DNA from: an uncultured Actinomycetota bacterium
GTDB lineage: Bacteria; Actinomycetota; Actinomycetes; JAHEKZ01
Direction: 5' to 3'
Length of the DNA: 64,000 nucleotides
NCBI GenBank assembly: GCA_963718235.1
Contig: CAVQYR010000002.1
Location: 224,001 to 288,000, forward strand
Made by a program: the position numbers and the translations under genes. This document shows, piece by piece, positions 18,835-29,069 of this stretch (positions are counted from its first letter, which is position 1; each line of letters opens with the position of its first letter). The notes beneath the pieces were generated by a model, which saw nothing but the letters and a program-made list of their open reading frames with translations, was not told the origin of the DNA and made no database searches.

Positions 18835-19814
18835 GCGGTTCGATGATCGAGACCCACAACTCCAAGAAGCTCATGCTGTTCTCCGGACGCGGTCACTTCG
18901 AGCTGGCCGAGGAGGTCGCCGCCGAGCTGGGCACCAAGCTCGTACCGACCTCGCTGTACGACTTCGCGAACGGCGAGATCTTCGTGCGGTTCGAGGAGTC
19001 GGTCCGCGGCTGCGACGCCTTCGTGATCCAGTCCCACTCCGAGCCGGTCAACAAGTGGATCATGGAGCACCTCATCATGGTCGACGCGCTCAAGCGCGCC
19101 TCGGCGAAGCGGATCACTGTGGTCACGCCGTTCTACGGGTACGCGCGCCAGGACAAGAAGCACCGAGGGCGCGAACCGATCTCGGCCCGGCTCATGGCCG
19201 ACCTCTTCAAGACCGCCGGGGCGGACCGGCTGATGGCTGTCGACCTGCACACGTCACAGATCCAAGGGTTCTTCGACGGGCCGGTCGACCATCTGTTCGC
19301 CCTTGAGCCACTGGCCCGCTACGTCGGTGGTCGGGTCGACCGGAACAAGCTCACCGTCGTCTCCCCGGACGCCGGACGTGTGCGGGTCGCCGAACGATGG
19401 ACCGACCAGCTCGGTGGTCCGCTGGCGATCATCCACAAGCGGCGTGACCCTCGGGTGCCCAACGAGGCCCGCGTGCTCGAGGTCGTCGGCGAGGTCGAGG
19501 GACGCACGTGCATCATCGTCGACGACATGATCGACACCGGCGGAACCATCGTGAAAGCGGCCGAGGCTCTCTTCGACAACGGTGCTGCCGACGTCATCGT
19601 GGCTGCCACCCACGGCATCTTCTCCGGACCTGCGGTCGACCGGCTCAAGAACAGCCGGGTCTCCGAGGTCGTGTGCACCAACACGCTGCCGATCCCGCCG
19701 GAGAAGCGGTTCGACAAGCTGACCGTGCTGTCGATCGCCCCGCTCATCGCGCGGGCGGTCAGGGAGGTGTTCGACGACGGGTCGGTCACGTCGCTTTTCG
19801 ACGGCAACGCCTGA
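18831..19814 (+). CDS. prs: Ribose-phosphate pyrophosphokinase
   Basis: FANGE, YARQDKK, VSPDAG and DDMIDTGGT motifs. Confidence 0.97.
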   Translation: MSGSMIETHNSKKLMLFSGRGHFELAEEVAAELGTKLVPTSLYDFANGEIFVRFEESVRGCDAFVIQSHSEPVNKWIMEHLIMVDALKRASAKRITVVTPFYGYARQDKKHRGREPISARLMADLFKTAGADRLMAVDLHTSQIQGFFDGPVDHLFALEPLARYVGGRVDRNKLTVVSPDAGRVRVAERWTDQLGGPLAIIHKRRDPRVPNEARVLEVVGEVEGRTCIIVDDMIDTGGTIVKAAEALFDNGAADVIVAATHGIFSGPAVDRLKNSRVSEVVCTNTLPIPPEKRFDKLTVLSIAPLIARAVREVFDDGSVTSLFDGNA

Positions 19815-19963
19815 GCGCACCCGAGTTGGTGCCGAGCGGCCGGTCGCCTAGACTGCGGCGGTCGCCCGGCGAGGGAAGGCTCGAGGTCTTCCGTGATCGA
19901 CGAGTTGCGTGAGCCTCTCCCGCGCCGGTGTGCCCGTACCGCCCATCGAAGCCAGGAGCAGCC

Positions 19964-20569
19964 GTGACCGAGGTCCGCATGACCGCCGAGCCCCGTACCG
20001 AGTTCGGCAAGGGAGCAGCCCGCCGCCTGCGCCGCGCCGAGCGGGTGCCGGCCGTGATCTACGGCCACGGGGCCGACGTCCAGCACGTGGCGCTTCCCGC
20101 CCATGAGCTGGCCAAGGCGCTGAAGAACGCCAACGTGCTGCTCGAGCTCGACGTGTCCGGCACCATCTCCCTGGCGCTGCCCAAGGCGGTCCAGCGCGAC
20201 CCGATCCGTCCGGTCATCGAGCACGTCGACCTCGTCACCGTCGTGCGTGGCGAGAAGGTCGTCGTCGAGGTCCCGGTCCTCACCGAGGGCAAGCTCGTCC
20301 CGGGTGGGCTCCTGGAGCACGTGCACGACACGATCGCGATCGAGGCCGAGGCCACGCGCATTCCGCAGAGCCTGAGCGTCTCCCTCGACGGAGTGGAGAT
20401 CGGCGGGCGGATCAAGGCCGGCGACGTCTCGTTGCCGGCTGGGGTCACCCTGGCGGCCGACCCCGACCTCACCGTCGTGCACGTCCTGGCACCTCAGGCG
20501 GCCGAGGTCGAGCTGGAGACGACCGAAGAGGTCGTCGAGGTCGAGGCGCCCGAGACCGACGAGAGCTGA
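19964..20569 (+). CDS. rplY: 50S ribosomal protein L25/Ctc
   Basis: RTEFGKGAARRLRR..VPAVIYGHG and HVDL motifs; AGGAG SD. Confidence 0.95.
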   Translation: MTEVRMTAEPRTEFGKGAARRLRRAERVPAVIYGHGADVQHVALPAHELAKALKNANVLLELDVSGTISLALPKAVQRDPIRPVIEHVDLVTVVRGEKVVVEVPVLTEGKLVPGGLLEHVHDTIAIEAEATRIPQSLSVSLDGVEIGGRIKAGDVSLPAGVTLAADPDLTVVHVLAPQAAEVELETTEEVVEVEAPETDES

Positions 20570-20574
20570 GGGCG

Positions 20575-21150
20575 TTGTCCGACGCGCCGTGGTTGGTCGT
20601 CGGGCTCGGGAACCCAGGTGCCCCCTACGCAGGGCACCGGCACAACGTCGGGTTCCAGGTCGCCGACCTGCTGGTCTCGCGCATGGGTGGTCGGCTCCGC
20701 CGGCACAAGCGCGCCAGAGCCGATGTGCTCGAAGGTCGCCTGGCCGGCGAGCGCGTGGTGCTGGTGGAGCCCACGACGTTCATGAACGACACCGGACAGG
20801 CGGTCGCTCCGCTTCGTGACTTCTACCGGACCGAGCTCGACCATCTGGTCGTCGTGCACGACGAGCTCGACCTGCCGTTCGGTTCACTGCGCCTGAAGCT
20901 GGGCGGCGGGGACAACGGGCACAACGGGCTTCGCTCGATGCGCCGGTCCCTCCACAGCGGCGACTTCTTCAGGGTGCGCTTCGGGATCGGTCGTCCACCG
21001 GGGCGGCTGGACCCGGCCGTCTACGTGCTGCGCGACTTCGGCGCGGGCGAGCGGGGCGACCTCGCGGTTCACGTCGAGCGCGCCGCCGATGCGGTCGAGT
21101 GCCTCGTCGGTCAGGGCCTCGAACGCGCGCAGAACACGTTCAACGACTGA
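20575..21150 (+). CDS. pth: Peptidyl-tRNA hydrolase
   Basis: VGLGNPG..RHNVG, HDELD and GGDNGHNGLRS motifs. Confidence 0.96.
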   Translation: MSDAPWLVVGLGNPGAPYAGHRHNVGFQVADLLVSRMGGRLRRHKRARADVLEGRLAGERVVLVEPTTFMNDTGQAVAPLRDFYRTELDHLVVVHDELDLPFGSLRLKLGGGDNGHNGLRSMRRSLHSGDFFRVRFGIGRPPGRLDPAVYVLRDFGAGERGDLAVHVERAADAVECLVGQGLERAQNTFND

Positions 21151-21190
21151 CCCACTCGTTGGGCCACACGTTGGGCCACAGGGCCGCCGC

Positions 21191-22159
21191 TCAGCCGAGG
21201 ATTCCGACCGTGGGCTGGTTGTGCACGTTGAGCAGCCGCGCGGCTCCGCGCGCGTTCACCAGGCGACTGGCCACCGCCAGTGCGAGGTAGGCCCGGGGCT
21301 CGGTGACACTGCGGCTCAGCGTGTACCCCGCCCACCGGGCGGCGGCTCGACGGTCCCCCTCGACCGCGGTCGCCAGGGCGATCTGTCCGCAGACCCTCGC
21401 TTCCGCCGTGGGTGCCGAGGCGAGCTCAGGGCATGCGTCGAGCAGCCAGGTGAGGTCGGCGGCCACGCCGGGTCGCGGGCCGGCGGCAGTGGGAGGGGGA
21501 CGGCGGGACACCTCGACCCCCACCTCGGGCAGGTTGCGCAACGGAGCCCAGCGGGTCGCCCGCGCCAGGAACTCCAGGTCGGCCATCCGCGCCCCGGCAT
21601 CGGCCTCGTCGAGCGGGCCGATGCCGGTCAGGACGGCCTCGCGGCTCATGACGAACGTCGAAGGGTGCAGCAGGGCGAGGCGATCGCGCATGAGCGAGCG
21701 GGTGTCCAGCGACCCCTCGTGGACCACCCGGTCGTGGGTGTGCCCACGACAGCGCATCCGCACGCCCATGGTCACGAAGACGGCCGACGGGTCGGAGCGC
21801 AAGACGGCGACCTGGCGACGCAGCTTCCGGTCCAGCCACACGTCGCCGACGTCGCAGAAGGCGACCAGAGGGGACGTGGCCGTCTCGATCCCGCAGTTGC
21901 GTGCCCCAGGCGTGCCCGTCGAGTGGGTGTTCCGCAGCACCTCGACGACCCGAGGGTGACGCACTGACGCAACGGCAGTGTGGGCGAGGGCCTCGGAACA
22001 CGGCTGGTCGCTGACCACGAGGACCCGGATGGCTGCGGGGTAGTCCTGGTCGAGGATCGACGCGACGGAGCGGCGAAGAGCCTCGCTGTGGCCCTTCGCC
22101 GCGACGACGACGTCGACAGCCGGCCAGGCGGCCGCTCCAGTGGCCGTGAGGCGGGTCAT
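21191..22159 (-). CDS. Glycosyltransferase family 2 (degenerate DxD)
   Basis: SILDQDYP, GARNCG, VAFCDVGDVWLDRKLRRQ and LHPSTF motifs. Confidence 0.8.
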   Translation of the reverse strand: MTRLTATGAAAWPAVDVVVAAKGHSEALRRSVASILDQDYPAAIRVLVVSDQPCSEALAHTAVASVRHPRVVEVLRNTHSTGTPGARNCGIETATSPLVAFCDVGDVWLDRKLRRQVAVLRSDPSAVFVTMGVRMRCRGHTHDRVVHEGSLDTRSLMRDRLALLHPSTFVMSREAVLTGIGPLDEADAGARMADLEFLARATRWAPLRNLPEVGVEVSRRPPPTAAGPRPGVAADLTWLLDACPELASAPTAEARVCGQIALATAVEGDRRAAARWAGYTLSRSVTEPRAYLALAVASRLVNARGAARLLNVHNQPTVGILG

Positions 22160-22163
22160 CGGC

Positions 22164-22679
22164 TCACCTCGCGCGATGCCTCGCGACGAGGTCCGCGACG
22201 ATCTCGCCGATCCTCTGCACGCCCACGGGCATGGGGGCCTCGTCGGCGGCTCCCTCCGTCGTGAGAAGCAGTGAGTGCGGGTCGTCCAGGGCTGCGACGA
22301 ACTCCTCCTCGGTCAGCGCCAACCGGACGAGGTCCCGGCTGCCCAGGAACCTTGCGAATCGCTGTTGGTGGTCGTCGACGTGCTCGCCCAGCCCCGGGTC
22401 ACGGGGCACGCACACGGGGACCCGCCGCCTCCGACGCGTCTCGGTGATCGTGGCCGGACCTCCGTGGGTGACCACGACGTCGGCCGCGGCCATCTGGTCC
22501 AGCAGCTCGTCGTTGGTGAAGAAGGGGCTGCCGACGGCGTGCTGCGGCGGTCGGGAGGAACCATGCTGCACGACGACCGTGCAGTCGGGGTGCTGTTCGG
22601 CCCACCGGTCGGCCCAGCCGACGAGTCGGTCGAAGGGGTGGTAGTCCGTTCCCACGGTCACGAGCACCCGGTGCGTCAC
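22164..22679 (-). CDS. Alg13/PssE/Cps14G-like GT28 C-terminal subunit
   Basis: VTVGTDYHPFDRLV, VVTHGGPATI and GEHVDDHQ motifs. Confidence 0.88.
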   Translation of the reverse strand: MTHRVLVTVGTDYHPFDRLVGWADRWAEQHPDCTVVVQHGSSRPPQHAVGSPFFTNDELLDQMAAADVVVTHGGPATITETRRRRRVPVCVPRDPGLGEHVDDHQQRFARFLGSRDLVRLALTEEEFVAALDDPHSLLLTTEGAADEAPMPVGVQRIGEIVADLVARHRAR

Positions 22680-23173
22680 AGCACGGTCCCGACCACGGTC
22701 GAGCCCGGGTAGAGCGGCTGCTGCTCGGGCCACTGCACGGCGAACACCGTCGCGAGCGGTCGGCAGAGGCGCCCGGTCAGTGTCGTGCTCTCGATTCGGT
22801 CGTAGACCTCCAGGTAGAGGCGAGGCACACCGGTGAGCCGGGCGAGCAGGAAGTACGGGTAGGCGACCGCCGCACCAGTGGAGACGACGACGTCGGGTCG
22901 GACCTGGCTCATCACCCGCCGCGCCTGGGCGGTGTTGCGGGCCAAGTTGACGACGTTGCGGGTCGTCGGGTGGTGCGCCCAGGTGACGTCCTCGTCAGCG
23001 AGCAGGGCCAGCGCGTCGGGTGTGTCGAAGGTGACCCAGTGCCGCTGCGTCCGTGACCACAGCGGGGCCAGGGCCCACAGCTGGGCCAGGTGCCCGCCGC
23101 TCGAGCCGACCAGCAGGATGCGCGCATCCGCGGGCAGCTCCCCGGGTGTCCGCCGCCTCGCGCTCGACGCCAC
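22676..23173 (-). CDS. Alg14/PssD/Cps14F-like glycosyltransferase subunit
   Basis: GSSGGHLAQL, PDVVVSTGAAVA, EVYDRI..TLTG and VQWPEQ motifs. Confidence 0.88.
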   Translation of the reverse strand: MASSARRRTPGELPADARILLVGSSGGHLAQLWALAPLWSRTQRHWVTFDTPDALALLADEDVTWAHHPTTRNVVNLARNTAQARRVMSQVRPDVVVSTGAAVAYPYFLLARLTGVPRLYLEVYDRIESTTLTGRLCRPLATVFAVQWPEQQPLYPGSTVVGTVL

Positions 23174-23471
23174 TGCGTTCCCCCTTCGTCTCGGACTGTT
23201 CCCTCATCTTGCTGGCCGGCCGCCGACTTCGGGGTCGGGGGGCCACGAACCCGCACGAATGGACGAACGACGACGATCGGGTGGACCGAGCCTCCCGGGA
23301 CCTGCTCACTCAGGGTAGTGGTCGCGATCACGTTGTGAAGTGCCTCCTCGTCCAAAAGGCGATCTTTCGGACATTGATTTGGACGGGCCTCCCGAGCGCT
23401 GGTTTCATGGCTTCGGATCGGAGCAACGAGTGGGTATCGGGGGGACATGTCGTGGGTCTTTGGCTGCGCGC

Positions 23472-26419
23472 ATGAACGTCGTTTCGGCGGCTGGCTGTGG
23501 TGGTCGTCGCAATCCTGGCCTTCGGTGCCATGGCGGCGGCGCCTCTCTCGGCCCACGCGGCCGACCCTGCCACCGCCCTGGCCAGCGACAACCCCTACAA
23601 CTGGACTCCCCGGGTGCTCGACGGGCAGGTCGATGCCGTCAAGCGCGTCGGCGACACCGTCTATCGTCGGTGGCAGCTTCACCCAGATCCAGGCGCCCGA
23701 CGACGCCAGCCCGATCCTGAGCCGCCCCTACCTGTTCGCCTTCGACGCGACGCACCGGCGCCATCCTGGACTCGTTCGCCGCGACCCCCAGCGGACCGGT
23801 CAAGGTGATCGTGCCCAACAGCGCGGGCACCCAGCTGTACGTGTGGGGGAAGTTCACCAAGATGAACGGCGGTCACGCGGTCGCACGTGGCCCTGGTCGA
23901 CGCGGCACGACCGGTGCGCGGGTCAACGCGTTCAAGCCCGCGAAGATCAACAGCGCGGTGTTCGACCTGCGGCTTCGCGGATCGCAGCTGCTGGTCGGCG
24001 GCTCCTTCTCCACGGCCGGTGGGCTGGCGCGACCGGGGATGGTCAGCCTCGACGCCTCGACCGGCGTGCTGACCAACTACTTCACCTTGCCCATCGCCGG
24101 CACGGCATGGGGCAAGGGGGTCACCACCGTCCGCAAGTTCGACCTCACGCCGTCCGGGGACCGGATGGTGATGATGGGCAACTTCAACTCCGTGGCGGGC
24201 CAGAGCCGGCTGCAGATCGCCATGGTCGACCTGACCGACGCCGGGGCCACCCTGGCGAACTGGTCGACCCAGCGGTTCAAGGCGACGGGGACCACCGCGG
24301 GCACGTCGTTGTGCGCCAGGGCCTTCGACTCCTACATGCGCGACATCGACATCTCCCCCGACGGGTCGTTCTTCCTGGTCGTCACGACGGGCGCCTACCG
24401 GGCCGGCACCTTGTGCGATGCGGCTTCGCGCTGGGAGACCTACGCCACGGGGGACCAGGTGGAGACCTGGTCCAACTACACCGGCGGGGACACGTTCTGG
24501 GGCCTGCAGGTCACCGGTCCGATCGCCTACGTGGGTGGGCACTTCCGCTGGCTGAACAATCCCTACGCCGGAGACCGGGCGAGCGTCGGGGCGGTCGCCC
24601 GTGAAGGCATCGCCGCGATCGACACCCGCAACGGACTCCCGCTGTCGTGGAACCCGGGTCGTGAGCGAGGGGTCGGCCTGTTCGACTTCGACGTCACCGC
24701 GTCGGAGGTGTGGGCAGGGTCCGACACGGACCGATGGGGCAGCGAGTACCGCCCACGGGTCGCGGGGTTCCCCCTTGTCGGAGGGCACGACCTGCCGGTG
24801 GAGCGGGTCGGTTCGTTGCCCGCGGACGTCGTCCTGCTCGACTCGCCGGCTGCCGGTGTGAGCCAGGAGACCGGTTCTTCAACGGCAGCCAGCGTGCAGG
24901 GCAGCCGCAGCGACGTGGCCGCGGCCGACTGGAGCCTGGCTCGGGGCGCGGTCATGATCGACGACACCGTCTACATGGGATGGGCGGACAGCTCCACCGT
25001 CGGCTCTCTTCCGCGCGCGCAGCTTCGACGGCACGAGCTTCGGTCCGGCGACCTCGCTGGAGCTCTACGCCAACGGTCTGACCACCGACAGCCGCTCGTT
25101 CAACGTGGACATCCCGCGGATCACTGGCATGTTCTACGACCGGGCGAAGGGCCGCCTGTACTACACGCTGAAGCCGAACACTGCCAACAACAGCGGCGGG
25201 TTCTTCTACCGGTACTTCACTCCCGAGAGCGGTGTGGTCGGCGCCCAGCGCTTCACGGCGCTGAACGGTGCCTCGATCGGCGCCAGCGCCAGCGGAACCA
25301 CGTACCCACGGGGGATGTTCCGCGACGGGGACAACGTGTACTTCGTCGATGCCGCCGGTGCGCTGAAGCGGATCGGGTTCACGTCCGGGAGTGCGGGCGG
25401 TGCGGGTGGCGTGTCCGGCGCCGTCACCCTCGTCGACGCCTCCAGCGACTGGCGGGCCAACGCGTCCTTCGTGTCGACGCAGCAGACCTCGGTCGGACCG
25501 AACACACTGCCCAGCGCCGCTGCTGTCGGCCCAGTGCCGTGGTCTCGTCTGCTCCTTCGACGCCTCGGGCAGCATCGACCCAGACGGCACGGTGGTCGAC
25601 CTACTCCTTCGACTTCGGCGACGGCAGCTCGAGTGCGGCCACACCGCAGGCGACGCAGGAGCACACGTACGGAGTCGGTGGTCCGTACGAGGTGACCGTC
25701 ACCGTGACAGACAACCGAGGGGGCACCGCGACCGCCTCGCAGACGGTTCACCCGGCACCCATCGTCTCGCCGATCGCGGCGCGGGCATCGGGGCAGTACG
25801 CGTCGACCGGCAGTCTGACCCAGCACGTCTTCACCATCCCGGCCGAGGTCCAAGACGGGGACCAGATGGTCGTGGTGACCACCGGTTCGTCCAGCGGGAC
25901 CGTGGTGGACCCGGCCGGATGGACCCGTCTGGACGACGAGGTCGACGGTGACGTCCGCAGTGTCGCTTTCGCCAGGACCGCAACGGGGGGCGACGCGGGC
26001 AGCACGTTGGCCTTCCAGTGGTCTTCGCCGACCAAGGCGACGATCTCTTTCGCCGCCTACTCCGGCGTGGCCGGCGTCGCAGCCACTGTCGGTTCGACCG
26101 AGCCTTCGATCACCGGGTCGCCGCGCACACCACGCCGGGCGTGTCCGTTGCGATGGACGGTGCCTGGGTCCTCTCCTACTGGGCGGACAAGAACACGGCC
26201 ACCACTGGGTGGACCGCGCCAGCAGACCAGGTCGTTCGAGCTGCGCCCGCGGTGGTGGAGGTGGCGGGCACCCAACGGGTGACGGCGCTGCTCACCGATG
26301 ACGGCGCACCCGTCGCCGGTGGTGCCCGACCTGGGCAGACGGCGACGGCAGATGCGCCTGCCAGCAAGGGCACCTTCTTCACGATCGTGCTCGGGCCGGT
26401 GGGTGGACCGAGCACCTGA
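23472..26419 (+). CDS. Secreted beta-propeller-repeat protein with PKD domain, multiply frameshifted
   Basis: Signal peptide, then DNPYNWTPRVLDGQV, YMRDIDISPDG, WNPGRERGVG and a PKD segment (FDASGSIDPDG / YSFDFGDG..TVTVTDNRG). Coding signal hops frames about 9-10 times. Confidence 0.65.
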
Positions 26420-26505
26420 GGGAACCAGCCACGCATCAATGCACAGCTACCGAGATCTGCCGCGGCACCGAACGGTGACCGCGGGACGCACGACGAGGAG
26501 AGTCC

Positions 26506-28979
26506 ATGAGAAGCGCTCGAACCAAGTCCGCTGTGGCGGTGGTGGCCGCTGCTGCTGCCGCGATCGGTGTGCTGGCGGTCGTACCGGCCAGCGCCGCGGC
26601 GGCGCAGCCGGCTGTGGTCAGCGCCGACCCGGCCAACTTCACGCCCAACGTGATGAACGGCAAGGTCAAGGCGATCGCCCAGGTCGGCAACACCATCGTT
26701 CTCGGCGGGCAGTTCACGTCCGTTCAGAGCGCCAACGGTGCCACGACCTACAACCGGACGAACCTCGTGGCCTTCGACGCCACGACCGGTGCCGTGAGCA
26801 CCGGCTTCGCACCGGTGCCGAGCGGCATCGTCGAGGCACTCGCACCGGCAGCGGACGGAACCAGCGTGTACGTGGCCGGAGCCTTCACCCGGATCGACGG
26901 AACCACCGCCAGCCGGGTCGCCCGGTTGAACGTGTCCAACGGCGCCCGGGTCAGTGGGTTCACCCCACCCGCCATCAATGGCGCCGTTCGTGACATGAAG
27001 CGGGTGGGCTCCAGGTTGTACATCTCGGGTGCTTTCAGCACCGTCGGTGGACAGGCCCGGGGGCGCATGGCCAGCCTCGATGCGGGCTCCAGGTGCTTTG
27101 ACGACCGCACTCAACGTGGCGTTCACCGGCGTGAACAACGGCGGAGGAACCACCGTGAACAAGTTCGACGTGTCTCCGGACGGTTCGCGGATCGTGGCGA
27201 TCGGCAACTTCGCTGCCGTCGACGGTCAGCCCCGTGGCCAGGTGGCGATGCTCGACACCAGTGGTGCCTCAGCCGTGGTCACGAACTGGTCGACCGACGC
27301 CTACCCGAACTACTGCGCCGTCGAGTGTTCAACACCTACATGCGTGACCTCGACTTCTCGCCGAACGGTGACTACTTCATCGTGTCGACGACCGGCGCCT
27401 ACGGCGGGCCGGACAGCTTCTGCGACACGATCACCCGCTGGGAGACCGCGCGCAGCGGTGGCGGGCAGCTGCCGACCTGGACGAACCACACCGGTGGCGA
27501 CACCACCTACGCGGTGACAGCGACCGGTACTGCGGTGTACGCCGGTGGTCACATGCGCTGGGTCAACAACCCCTACGCCGGCGACGCTGCTGGTCCCGGC
27601 GCTGTGCCGCGTGAGGGAATCGTCGCCCTCGACCCCCGTTCGGGTCTGCCGTTCAGCTGGAACCCCGGACGAGCTCGTGGGGTGGGCGTGTTCGACATGC
27701 TTGCCACGGCGCAAGGGCTGTGGGTCGGTTCGGACACCAACCGGATCGGCGGCGAGACGCATCGCCGGATCGCGTTGATGCCACTGGCCGGAGGCAAGGC
27801 CGACCGGCGGCGAACATCCCGCAGCTGCCGGGGACCGTGCTGCAGCTCGGGCGAGCCGGCGGCGCCTCGGACTCCTCCGTCCTCTACCGGGTGAACGCCG
27901 GTGGCCCCGAGCTCCTGAGCGCGGACGACGGACCGAACTGGGCGGCCGACAACGGCCCCGACTCGCCATACCGCAACAGCACCAGCAACTGGGTGGACGC
28001 GTGGAACCAGTCGGTGTCGCGCGACTCATCGGTTCCGAGCTCCGACACCGACCGTGTTCCCATGGCGCTGTTCGACTCAGAGCGGTGGGATCCGGGTAGC
28101 GCTGGCGACGGGGACGAGATGCAGTGGAACTTCCCCGTTGCGTCGGGTAAGCCGCTGACCATTCGCCTCTACTTCGCCAACCAGTGCGGATGCACCTCGG
28201 CGGCCGGCGACCGGGTGTTCGACGTCGCCGTCGACGGAGCCACGAAGCTCTCGAACTTCGACATGGTGGCCGTCAAGGGGGACCGCGTCGGGTTCCTGCA
28301 GTCGTTCAACGTCACGAGCGACAACAACGGGGTCGACATCGACCTCACCCACGAGGTCGAGAACCCGCTGGTCAACGGCATCGAGATCATCGACCGGTCG
28401 GTGACGCCACCGACCACGATCGACCCGGCGCTGAACCAGGTCCGCCGTACGCCGCTGTCGGGAGCAGGTGCTCCCGGGACGACAGCTACGGCGAACGGGA
28501 ACGACTCGTTCCACAACGCCCGGGGTGCCTTCGTCGTCAACGGCACGCTGTACACGCCCTGGGTGGACGGAACGCTGAAGGCGCGGTCGATCAGTGGCAC
28601 GACGCTGGGCACGGCACGCACGGTCAGCCTCTTCAACAGCACGTTCGCCAACGACGCACCTGGGATCACCGGGATCGCGTACGACCCGGCAACGGCTCGC
28701 ATCTACTACACGATCACCGGCCAGAGCCGCCTCTTCTGGCGCTGGTTCAACCCGGAGAGCGAGGTCGTCGGTTCGGTGCGGTACGACGTCGATGCAGGGT
28801 CGATGGATGCCTCGCAGGTAGGGGGCATGTTCTTGTCCGGCGGCTCCCTGTACTACGCGCTGCGCACCAACGGCGACCTGTACCGGGTCGGGTTCAGTGG
28901 TGGCGTGACCGGGTCCTCGACGATGCTCAACTCCAGCCGCGACTGGACAGCCCCAGGCATGACGCTCAGCGCCTCCTGA
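26506..28979 (+). CDS. Secreted beta-propeller-repeat protein with malectin domain, frameshifted
   Basis: GAGGAG SD, signal peptide and ADPANFTPNV. Malectin motifs LYRVNAGG, LFDSERW, IRLYFAN and RVFDVAVDG. Frame changes near 27090, 27320 and 27808. Confidence 0.72.
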
Positions 28980-29010
28980 GGGGCCGAGTGACGCCAGCTG
29001 ACTGGACGTA

Positions 29011-29050
29011 GGCTGGGGGTCCGACGACGCCTCGTCGCGGACCCCCAGCC
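29011..29050 (+). terminator. Strong GC hairpin between the malectin gene and mfd
   Basis: 13-bp stem GGCTGGGGGTCCG / CGGACCCCCAGCC; overlaps a TAGGCT -10-like hexamer. Confidence 0.55.
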
Positions 29051-29069
29051 AGTCGTCCCAGGAGCCCGT

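Noticed and set aside
21157-21180. 12-bp tandem repeat CGTTGGGCCACA x2 after pth
   Set aside because: Only two copies with no spacer, so not CRISPR. Probably a slippage duplication at the island edge; no matching copy noticed near mfd.
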